Part shown: positions 20,242 through 27,487 of the stretch, one piece after another | How positions within the stretch are numbered: the first letter of the stretch is position 1 | Layout of the letters: every line of letters begins with the position of its first letter | Translations under genes and position numbers: made by a program | Notes under the pieces: generated by a model | Database searches by the model: none | What the model saw: the letters and a program-made list of their open reading frames with translations, nothing else | What the model was told of the DNA's origin: nothing | Assembly (NCBI GenBank): GCA_031261605.1 | Contig: JAISJI010000068.1 | Span: 2,771-66,770 of the forward strand | Direction of reading: 5' to 3' | DNA: 64,000 nucleotides | Origin: Ignavibacteria bacterium | GTDB lineage: Bacteria > Bacteroidota > Ignavibacteria > Kapaibacteriales > UBA2268

Positions 20242-21309
20242 ATGAAAAAACTCTTATTATTAGTTGCTTTTACACTAATATCAATCACAGCTGCTAATGC
20301 AGCAACAGATGTTAAACTCAACCTCTCCGGCGATGCTTATTGGACTACCGATAACGCACAAGTAGGTATGGGAGAAAGACAACTCACTGCTACTAACCTA
20401 TTCAAAGATAGGTTCGGAACTAACAACGTCTTATTGTCTGCCGAAGCCACAAATGAGGACTGGAAAGCAACATTCTCTCTTGCTCACTACGGAGCAGAAA
20501 CAGGTATCGGGCTCAATGATGCATGTGCATCTCTCCGTCTATTCGACAAACTCTGGCTCAACGCCGGATACTTCGCTAACTGGGACGGCGACTACACCTA
20601 CAACAATTGGTTCACTCAAAGTTCTCTCACTGAACTTATGTGTATGGCTTCTCCATACGTCGCTGCAAGTTTATCATACGACTTCCCAAAAGACATCACT
20701 CTTAATGTAGGTCTTATGAATACTGCTAGCTGGGATAATTCTGACGCCATAGAAAACAACACAAGCAAAACATTCTTCGCTAAGGTTGATTGGGCTAACA
20801 TCTGCAAAGATTGGGGATTAACTGTTTCATTCCTCACCGGAAATGAAGAAAGTTTTGAAACATCTTACACTCGCAGTATGTCTGAACTCTACCTCAAATT
20901 CGGCGGACATTGCTGTGACAACCTTGAAGGCATTATCGAAGGGAAACTCTTTATGAAGGGCGAAACCGGTGAACTGGAGTCCATCAACGCATTCTCTGCT
21001 CAAATTATGGCTCGCTACCACTTCAATGACAAATTCTCTGTCGGTGCAAGAGTTGGATATACTGCTGACGAAGATGCTCTTTATCTACAGCACCAAGTTT
21101 CCGGTCTTGACGCCGGTATCGTTTGCCAATACAACCCAGTTGAATACGCATACCTTAGATTAGAAGGTGGCTTGCTATCGTTATCTAACTCCGATAACGA
21201 TACTATGGCAGAGATATTCAAAAACGATGACGAATTCTCCGCTTCACGACTCGGAGTTGCTCTATCTATGGGCTTCAACTTTGATTTATTTTCTTTAATA
21301 CATAAATAA
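20242..21309 (+). CDS. Outer-membrane beta-barrel (porin-like) protein.
   Basis: Signal peptide MKKLLLLVAFTLISITAANA. Alternating hydrophobic beta-strand pattern. C-terminal ...GFNFDLFSLIHK. Confidence 0.5.
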   Translation: MKKLLLLVAFTLISITAANAATDVKLNLSGDAYWTTDNAQVGMGERQLTATNLFKDRFGTNNVLLSAEATNEDWKATFSLAHYGAETGIGLNDACASLRLFDKLWLNAGYFANWDGDYTYNNWFTQSSLTELMCMASPYVAASLSYDFPKDITLNVGLMNTASWDNSDAIENNTSKTFFAKVDWANICKDWGLTVSFLTGNEESFETSYTRSMSELYLKFGGHCCDNLEGIIEGKLFMKGETGELESINAFSAQIMARYHFNDKFSVGARVGYTADEDALYLQHQVSGLDAGIVCQYNPVEYAYLRLEGGLLSLSNSDNDTMAEIFKNDDEFSASRLGVALSMGFNFDLFSLIHK

Positions 21310-21342
21310 ATCAAATAATTATTGCCTCCTCGGCAAAAATAA

Positions 21343-21381
21343 AAGAGCGGAATATACAACATATATCCCGCTCTTTTTTTA
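21343..21381. terminator. Bidirectional rho-independent terminator between the porin-like gene and fabF.
   Basis: Perfect 8-bp stem aagagcgg / ccgctctt, flanked by A-run and T-run. Confidence 0.65.
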
Positions 21382-21398
21382 TTTATTCAGTTCTATTT

Positions 21399-22658
21399 CT
21401 ATATTTCAATTTTCTTAAAACAAACCGTTGCATTGTGTCCGCCAAAGCCAAATGTATTGCTCAATGCAGCACTGATTTCACGTTCTTTCGGCTTGTTTGG
21501 CGTATAGTCCAAATCGCATTCTGGGTCAGGTGTTTCATAGTTAATTGTCGGTGGAACAATGCTGTGCTCCATCGCAAGTATTGTCGCAATCGCTTCTATT
21601 GCTCCTGCTGCTCCGAGCAAATGTCCGGTCATAGATTTTGTAGAACTGATAGACAACTTCTTGGCATAATCGCCAAAAGTCCCTTTGATAGCAATGGTTT
21701 CGTTCTTATCATTGAAGTAAGTTGATGTGCCGTGTGCATTAATGTAATCTATATCGGTCGGAAGTATTTTCGCATCCTCAATAGCAAGTTTCATTGAACG
21801 AACTGCACCTTCTCCACCATCCGCCGGCTGCGTAATATGAAAAGCATCATCGGTAAGACCAAAGCCAGCAATCTCGCAATATATCTTAGCACCGCGATTT
21901 TGTGCGTGCTCCAATGTCTCAAATATCAATATTCCTGCTCCTTCGCCTATCACAAAGCCATCTCTATCCTTGTCAAATGGACGACTTGCGTGCTCTGGGT
22001 CATCGTTACGTGTAGATAACGCCTTCATTGCATTGAAACCTCCTACTCCCATAGGCGATACAACCGATTCCGAACCACCAACCAGCATCACATCTGCATC
22101 GCCACGCTGCATAATCATAAGAGCATCTGCTATTGCGTGTGATGACGTCGCACAAGCCGATACTGTGCCATAGTTCGGTCCTTTCAATCCCCAACGAATA
22201 GCAATCTGTCCCGGAGTAATATCTGATATCAACATCGGTATAAAGAACGGCGAGATACTACTCGGATTTCCACCTGATTTTATTACTACTTCCTGCTGAT
22301 TATAATATGTCCACATTCCACCAATACCACTACCTATAACGCATCCAATACGCTCTCTGTTCTCTTTTTCGAAATCTATCCCAGAATCCTGAACAGCCAA
22401 TGTCGCCGCTGCCATTGCAAGACGAGTAAAATTATCCATTCGCTGGATTTCTTTGCGATTAAGAAACTGAAGCAAGTCCAAACCCTTTACTTCGCAAGCA
22501 AACTTGGTCTTGAAGTTAGTTGTATCAAAACCTGTAATCATAGCAGCACCACTCTTTCCGGCAAGCAATGCTTGCCAAAATTCATTCTTATTGTTGCCGA
22601 TGGCAGTAACCGGACCAAGCCCCGTTACGACTATTTTTGGGTAATTATATTTTGACAT
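21399..22658 (-). CDS. fabF: 3-oxoacyl-ACP synthase II.
   Basis: MSKYNYPKIVVTGLGPVTAIGNN... ~419 aa. KAS II active-site region ...ACATSSHAI... and HGTSTYFNDK. Lies downstream of acpP. Confidence 0.9.
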   Translation of the reverse strand: MSKYNYPKIVVTGLGPVTAIGNNKNEFWQALLAGKSGAAMITGFDTTNFKTKFACEVKGLDLLQFLNRKEIQRMDNFTRLAMAAATLAVQDSGIDFEKENRERIGCVIGSGIGGMWTYYNQQEVVIKSGGNPSSISPFFIPMLISDITPGQIAIRWGLKGPNYGTVSACATSSHAIADALMIMQRGDADVMLVGGSESVVSPMGVGGFNAMKALSTRNDDPEHASRPFDKDRDGFVIGEGAGILIFETLEHAQNRGAKIYCEIAGFGLTDDAFHITQPADGGEGAVRSMKLAIEDAKILPTDIDYINAHGTSTYFNDKNETIAIKGTFGDYAKKLSISSTKSMTGHLLGAAGAIEAIATILAMEHSIVPPTINYETPDPECDLDYTPNKPKEREISAALSNTFGFGGHNATVCFKKIEI

Positions 22659-22754
22659 AGTTTTTACAATTTGTGTATTAAGAATAAGTTATACCAATCC
22701 GATACCCCGCTCAATACCGAACAGGGCATAGATGGTATGTTAATCGGATGATTA

Positions 22755-22997
22755 TTAGCCCAATTTCTTCTCTAAGTATTCAATGACATTGCCGACAGTT
22801 TGAACTTTCTCTTGGTCTGCTTCGTCAATAGAGATATTGAACTCTTTTTCTATTTCAAGCATTACTTCCACAGTATCGAGCGAATCTGCGCCGAGGTCTT
22901 TTGTGAAAGAAGCTTCAGGAGTAACTTGCGATTCTTCTACTCCGAGTTTGTTTACAACGATTTTGATAACGTGTTGTGTGATTTCTTTGGTATCCAT
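22755..22997 (-). CDS. acpP: Acyl carrier protein.
   Basis: 80 aa. DLGADSLDTVEVMLEIEKEF contains the phosphopantetheine-attachment Ser. Confidence 0.95.
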   Translation of the reverse strand: MDTKEITQHVIKIVVNKLGVEESQVTPEASFTKDLGADSLDTVEVMLEIEKEFNISIDEADQEKVQTVGNVIEYLEKKLG

Positions 22998-23030
22998 TTA
23001 ATTTACCTTTTGATTTATGTATGTGAAAAA

Positions 23031-23100
23031 TATATATTTATTTATGTTTATGTTTTTGGTTTTGTTATAATTGACGTTACTTCTTACCATTAAATGTAAT
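23031..23100. repeat. Copy 1 of a ~60-bp direct repeat, located just upstream of the acpP start.
   Basis: aaaaatatatatttatttatgtttatgtttttggttttgtta...cttcttaccattaaatg. Near-identical to 24340-24400 apart from small indels. Confidence 0.6.
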
Positions 23101-23473
23101 CTAAACCCAGCAACTCCAATTCGGTAATAACCGATATGTATATATGTTTGTTATTAAGAAAATCTGCAATAAATTGATTTCCATTTAGTAAATGTATCAG
23201 CGGGTTTGTATCACACAATATTCTAATTCCATTCATTCCTTATATTCTTTTGATACTGAAGTGGTTCTTCGTTCCAATTTATTTTTCCCGCAAATTTTTG
23301 CGAATTGAACTGCTTTTGCGATTCCATATTGGATAGAAGTTTATTTAGTTCTATTTTATTTGTTTCTTTGTTTATTGCAATAAGCATACTATTTCTCCAT
23401 ATAAAAAAAATTACACGATAACTATACTGTGTTTACATCAATCCTTCTTTGATGAAAATCTCCAATATTTTCC

Positions 23474-24322
23474 TCAACATAACGCTGCGATATATCCACT
23501 ATATTCATGCTTTGAATTCTCTTTATTAATTGAATCATTTATCATCTCAAAATACTCCGGCAATATCTCTATCCCTATAGTGTTGCGGTGCATTCTATTA
23601 GCAACTATATTGGTCGTCCCTGAACCCGCAAATGGGTCAAGCACCAAGTCACCTTCTTTCGTAAATAACTTAATAAACCACTCCGGTAAATCCTCTGGAA
23701 ATGCTGCACTATGATTTTTATTATTGCATTCCGTGGCTAAGTGTAATACATTAGTGGGATATGCTTTTTTTCTATCTATCCAATTGGAAATATTTTTGCC
23801 AAATCCACTACCATTCTTGGAATTATCTCGTATCTTATCTGTATCACTCAAATTCCTAAGACGGGACTTCGCCCAATCGCCCATTTCTACCATCACTTCA
23901 TCCTGATACATATTAAAATGCTTGTCTTTATTGAATTGCAACAATCGCTCCCAAGCATCCCTAAATCTATTGGGCCACTTACCCGGAAAGCAATTCTTCT
24001 TATGCCAAATAAATTCCTCTGTCCAAAACCAGCCCTGCTTACGCATCTCAAGAATTAGTTCCATTACATAAGTGCTACGTTCACCTTCAACAACCTTTTC
24101 CTTAATATTCAAAATAAAAGTCCCTGTCGGCTTTAATATCCGCAACAATTCCTTCGAAATCGGAAGAAACCATTCCACATATTTATTCGGCGAAATTCCG
24201 CCATAAGTAGATTTCCGCTGGTCCGCATACGGCGGCGACGTAATAACTAAATCCACATAATTATCCGGCATCTTACTCATCGTTTGCAGACAATCTTCAT
24301 TATATATTTCGCAAAACTCCAT
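23474..24322 (-). CDS. Beta-class DNA amino-methyltransferase (N6-adenine or N4-cytosine). Appears solitary or orphan.
   Basis: Motif IV DLVITSPPY lies N-terminal to motif I DLVLDPFAGSGTT, which is the beta-class order. 282 aa. Confidence 0.85.
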   Translation of the reverse strand: MEFCEIYNEDCLQTMSKMPDNYVDLVITSPPYADQRKSTYGGISPNKYVEWFLPISKELLRILKPTGTFILNIKEKVVEGERSTYVMELILEMRKQGWFWTEEFIWHKKNCFPGKWPNRFRDAWERLLQFNKDKHFNMYQDEVMVEMGDWAKSRLRNLSDTDKIRDNSKNGSGFGKNISNWIDRKKAYPTNVLHLATECNNKNHSAAFPEDLPEWFIKLFTKEGDLVLDPFAGSGTTNIVANRMHRNTIGIEILPEYFEMINDSINKENSKHEYSGYIAALC

Positions 24323-24339
24323 AAACTCTTTCCAACACC

Positions 24340-24400
24340 TTCAAAAAAAATATATATTTATGTTTGTTTTTGTTTTTGTTACTTCTTCCATTCAATATGC
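24340..24400. repeat. Copy 2 of the ~60-bp direct repeat. It overlaps the 3' end of the 112-aa ORF and sits ~20 nt upstream of the methyltransferase start.
   Basis: aaaaaatatatatttatgtttgtttttgtttttgtta cttcttccattcaatatg. Aligns to 23031-23100. Confidence 0.6.
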
Positions 24401-24717
24401 CCATTCATATTGTATTTTTCAAATACCTTTAGAACTTCAGCACTAAAGGTTGTTAATTCTTTATCGCCTAATTTTTTAGATAACTCATACAGATGTATGA
24501 ACATTTTCTTTCCGGATTCTGTTTGCTTGTAAACCTTTTTCTCAAATAAAGTTTTCACCAAAAAATAATCTATAAAATTATCCTGACGAAGCAATATCTG
24601 CATATCAAAAAGCATCTCCCTTTCCAGTAAATCCCTATCCGATGGACTTTCGCTGTTAATTTCTTTAGCGATATAGTCCAATTCTTCTTGCTGTTCTTTT
24701 TTACTTAATTTAATCAT
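24379..24717 (-). CDS. Hypothetical 112-aa protein, translationally coupled to the upstream 367-aa ORF.
   Basis: ATGA overlap with the 367-aa ORF at 24714-24717. Charged, probably helical. No motif recognised. Confidence 0.5.
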   Translation of the reverse strand: MIKLSKKEQQEELDYIAKEINSESPSDRDLLEREMLFDMQILLRQDNFIDYFLVKTLFEKKVYKQTESGKKMFIHLYELSKKLGDKELTTFSAEVLKVFEKYNMNGHIEWKK

Positions 24718-25817
24718 ATCTGCAATGGTATTTGTATTCTTTCTCTTTTGTGTTGAATGTCTGATTCTAAGTGTTGCAATATCCTTGAGCCAAGCGAAGT
24801 AAATATCACCCTATCGTAAAATCCACTTGTTTTTACTTTTTCGGTAAGCTCTAATTCTTCACAATGATTACAAGAAAATCTAAGAACATCAGCAACAGTT
24901 CCTTCGGTGTAATCCATTTTGAAAAAACTATTTACAAAATCAAATTCTGATTTTTTTTGAAATGCCCGCCCACGAGGAAGCCATTCCCCATCTGTTAATG
25001 CAATGAATTTCAGAAAATAATAAATATTGATTTTGCATTTCTTTTCGTAAAAATTACCATTTAATAATGACTCCAGCAATATCCTCTTCTGCTCTACGCT
25101 TAGATTTATCCGCTTCAATTTATCTGTAATTTCCACTGCATTAATATTGTCTCTGAAGCGAACGCCAAAATCCGTAAGTTGTATCGTATTACGAACTTTA
25201 TTTAGCAAATCAAAATCCTCTGCAACTCTAACAGCGACATTAAATCTTGTTTTTGTTACTCCATCGCTAAAATTAAAAGCATCGCCAAAATCCTTAATCG
25301 CTAATCTGTCAGCATTATTCTCATAGAATGGGACAAACAACCTATTCAAACCACCGAGATGCGTAAAATTCAATGATATTGGTGGAGATAGTGGAACTCC
25401 GTTATTAATCAATGCCTTTTGTATTTCAGTATCATATAGCAACCTAATTTTATCTAAATCATAATCAAACCAAAGCAAATCATTTGCATCACAGAAAGTT
25501 ACAATTTCATTAGTATAATAAACCGGTGTTTGCTTGGCGAATAAAATCCCCACTTTGTGTTGAAAACCTTTCGCCAAAATAATATTTGTATATTGATTAC
25601 TTTGCTGCAAACAATAGGACAATTTTGCTTTACTATCTATTATAGTTTCAAGTTCTGTAATCAGAAAGCCATCATTCTTTATTTTATGAGCAAAATCAAT
25701 TCTACCATAAGCGGTTGTAAATTGCTGGCATACTTTATTCGCTAAAGGTAGAGAAATGCACTCTTGTAAATAATTCCTTTCTCTTAATAGAGTCCATTCC
25801 ACAAGGTATTCATTCAT
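24714..25817 (-). CDS. Hypothetical 367-aa protein. Candidate restriction endonuclease or defence nuclease with weak PD-(D/E)xK-like spacing. Function unknown.
   Basis: A GGAGG RBS precedes the ATG. N-terminal GRIDFAH...ITELETIIDSK could be a D...E..DxK nuclease motif. One CxxC (CNHCEE). Sits in a methyltransferase neighbourhood. Confidence 0.5.
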   Translation of the reverse strand: MNEYLVEWTLLRERNYLQECISLPLANKVCQQFTTAYGRIDFAHKIKNDGFLITELETIIDSKAKLSYCLQQSNQYTNIILAKGFQHKVGILFAKQTPVYYTNEIVTFCDANDLLWFDYDLDKIRLLYDTEIQKALINNGVPLSPPISLNFTHLGGLNRLFVPFYENNADRLAIKDFGDAFNFSDGVTKTRFNVAVRVAEDFDLLNKVRNTIQLTDFGVRFRDNINAVEITDKLKRINLSVEQKRILLESLLNGNFYEKKCKINIYYFLKFIALTDGEWLPRGRAFQKKSEFDFVNSFFKMDYTEGTVADVLRFSCNHCEELELTEKVKTSGFYDRVIFTSLGSRILQHLESDIQHKRERIQIPLQI

Positions 25818-25829
25818 TACAGACCTCCA

Positions 25830-25943
25830 TTAAATCCCCACATTATACGGTGGCGACGTTACAATCAAATCAATGAACGGCGCATCAAATAAATCGCTAT
25901 TCAACGAACTATCATTTAGCAACTCTATACCTTTAAACTCCAT
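25830..25943 (-). pseudogene. N-terminal remnant of a second beta-class methyltransferase gene: 38 codons, truncated right after the SPPY motif.
   Basis: MEFKGIELLNDSSLNSDLFDAPFIDLIVTSPPYNVGI* is homologous to the N-terminus of the intact methyltransferase (MEFCEIYNEDCLQTMSKMPDNYVDLVITSPPY). It starts 8 nt after the fabG stop and is followed 1 nt after its stop by the RBS of the 367-aa ORF. Confidence 0.65.
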
Positions 25944-25951
25944 AAAACCAC

Positions 25952-26698
25952 CTACATCACCATCCCGCCATCTATATGAACCACCTGTCCCGTCAAATAA
26001 CTCGCATCTTCCGAACAAAAGAAACTAACCACATTCGCTATATCTTCCGCCTCTGCTGCCCGCTTAAGTGGTATCCCTTTCAAAAATTCCTGCTTCACTT
26101 CATCGCTCAATACATCCGTCATCGGTGTCCGAACAAAACCCGGCGCTACATAATTGCAAAGTATATTCCGACTACCAAGTTCCTTCGCTACCGACTTCGT
26201 AAAGCCGATTAATCCTGCTTTTGATGCCGAATAATTGGCTTGACCTGCGTTCCCCATAACTCCTACAACCGAACCCATATTCACAATGCGACCATAACGT
26301 TGAGACATCATATAGCGACTCACAACCTTCGTGCAAAGGAACACTCCCTTGAGATTAGTCGACAGCACAGCATCCCAATCGCTCTCATTCATCCGCATAA
26401 GCAAGTTATCACGGGTAATTCCAGCATTGTTGATTAAGAAATCAATACGCTGACTCTCGGCTATTATCGCATCCATAACGCTTTGCACCTGCTCGAAATT
26501 GGTAACATCGAGTTGCTTAACTATCGCATTCTTAGCCAATTCGGCATCTGTGATAAACACCTCTTCTGCATTTGGAATAGCATAATCAAGAGCATATACT
26601 TTCGCTCCTTCTTTGAGAAGACGTTCCACAATCGCTTTGCCGATACCACGACATCCGCCGGTTACTACGGCTATTTTATTTTCAAATCTATTACACAT
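25952..26698 (-). CDS. fabG: 3-oxoacyl-ACP reductase.
   Basis: SDR. IAVVTGGCRGIGKAI, NAG, YSASKAGLIGFTKSVAKE, and a C-terminal GQVVHIDGGM typical of FabG. Confidence 0.9.
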   Translation of the reverse strand: MCNRFENKIAVVTGGCRGIGKAIVERLLKEGAKVYALDYAIPNAEEVFITDAELAKNAIVKQLDVTNFEQVQSVMDAIIAESQRIDFLINNAGITRDNLLMRMNESDWDAVLSTNLKGVFLCTKVVSRYMMSQRYGRIVNMGSVVGVMGNAGQANYSASKAGLIGFTKSVAKELGSRNILCNYVAPGFVRTPMTDVLSDEVKQEFLKGIPLKRAAEAEDIANVVSFFCSEDASYLTGQVVHIDGGMVM

Positions 26699-26781
26699 AT
26701 CTTGAAATAATTAGAATAAACAAAAATACACCAGCAACCGGACATTACCCAAATGAATAATGCCCGACTGCCAATGTCCAA

Positions 26782-27321
26782 CTACGCCTCAGCAGGTGCT
26801 TCTGCAACTTCTGCTTCTTTGGCAGCATTTGCAGCATCCTCGGCTGCTTTTGCCTCAGCAGCGGCTTTTGCGGCTGCCTCTTCTTCTGCTCTACGTTTTG
26901 CATCTTCGGCTTCTTGTTCTTCGCGTTTCTTAGCGTCTTCGGCTTCCCGAACGCGTCTGATTTTGCGAGCAGCACGCAACTTCTTACGACGTTCCCATCG
27001 TGATGCTACTACTGATTGATGCTTCTCTAATTCCGCATTAATCTCTGCTTCTGATTTGCCTTTGAACTGCAATGCCCGGCGTAACAAAACGCCATCGTAA
27101 CTAAGCAAATTATGAACGATATCGGTCGCTTGTGCTCCGTTATTTAGCCAATAAATAGCGCGTTCGTGGTTGATTTTTATCGTGCTTTTGGTCGTATTCG
27201 GGTCATAATATCCGAGGTCTTCCAAAAATGTGCCATCTCTACGGGCTCTGCCGTCAACAGCTACGATGTCATAGACAGGGTGAAATTTCTTACCCTTACG
27301 TCTTAATCTGAGTTTTACCAT
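26782..27321 (-). CDS. rpsP: 30S ribosomal protein S16 with a long Ala/Lys/Glu-rich C-terminal extension.
   Basis: MVKLRLRRKGKKFHPVYDIVAVDGRARRDGTFLEDLGYYDP matches S16. About 90 aa of low-complexity KAAAEAEAK tail. Confidence 0.9.
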   Translation of the reverse strand: MVKLRLRRKGKKFHPVYDIVAVDGRARRDGTFLEDLGYYDPNTTKSTIKINHERAIYWLNNGAQATDIVHNLLSYDGVLLRRALQFKGKSEAEINAELEKHQSVVASRWERRKKLRAARKIRRVREAEDAKKREEQEAEDAKRRAEEEAAAKAAAEAKAAEDAANAAKEAEVAEAPAEA

Positions 27322-27487
27322 TTCTATTTCTTAATGATATAGTGGGAGGTGCTCCATTACAGAGTTACCTAAAAAATGTGAACTTCAATCTAAATACACT
27401 TATATATATTTAAATCTTACAAAGATACGAAAAAATTATCAAAACATTAACATCATACTAATTATTATACCATTTTTATTTTAAAAA

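Noticed and set aside
23100-23400. Possible degenerate second copy of the 112-aa gene (a ~54-codon minus-strand ORF starting near 23398) between the methyltransferase and acpP.
   Set aside because: Only the last ~60 bp are convincingly homologous to the 112-aa gene region. The N-terminal amino-acid resemblance (KE..EL..ES pattern) is too weak to call a pseudogene without alignment statistics.
26745-27019. ORFs 26745..26975(-) and 26753..27019(+) overlapping the rpsP tail.
   Set aside because: They arise from the repetitive GCn/Ala-Lys-Glu codon tract of the S16 C-terminal extension. The S16 frame is the conserved one.
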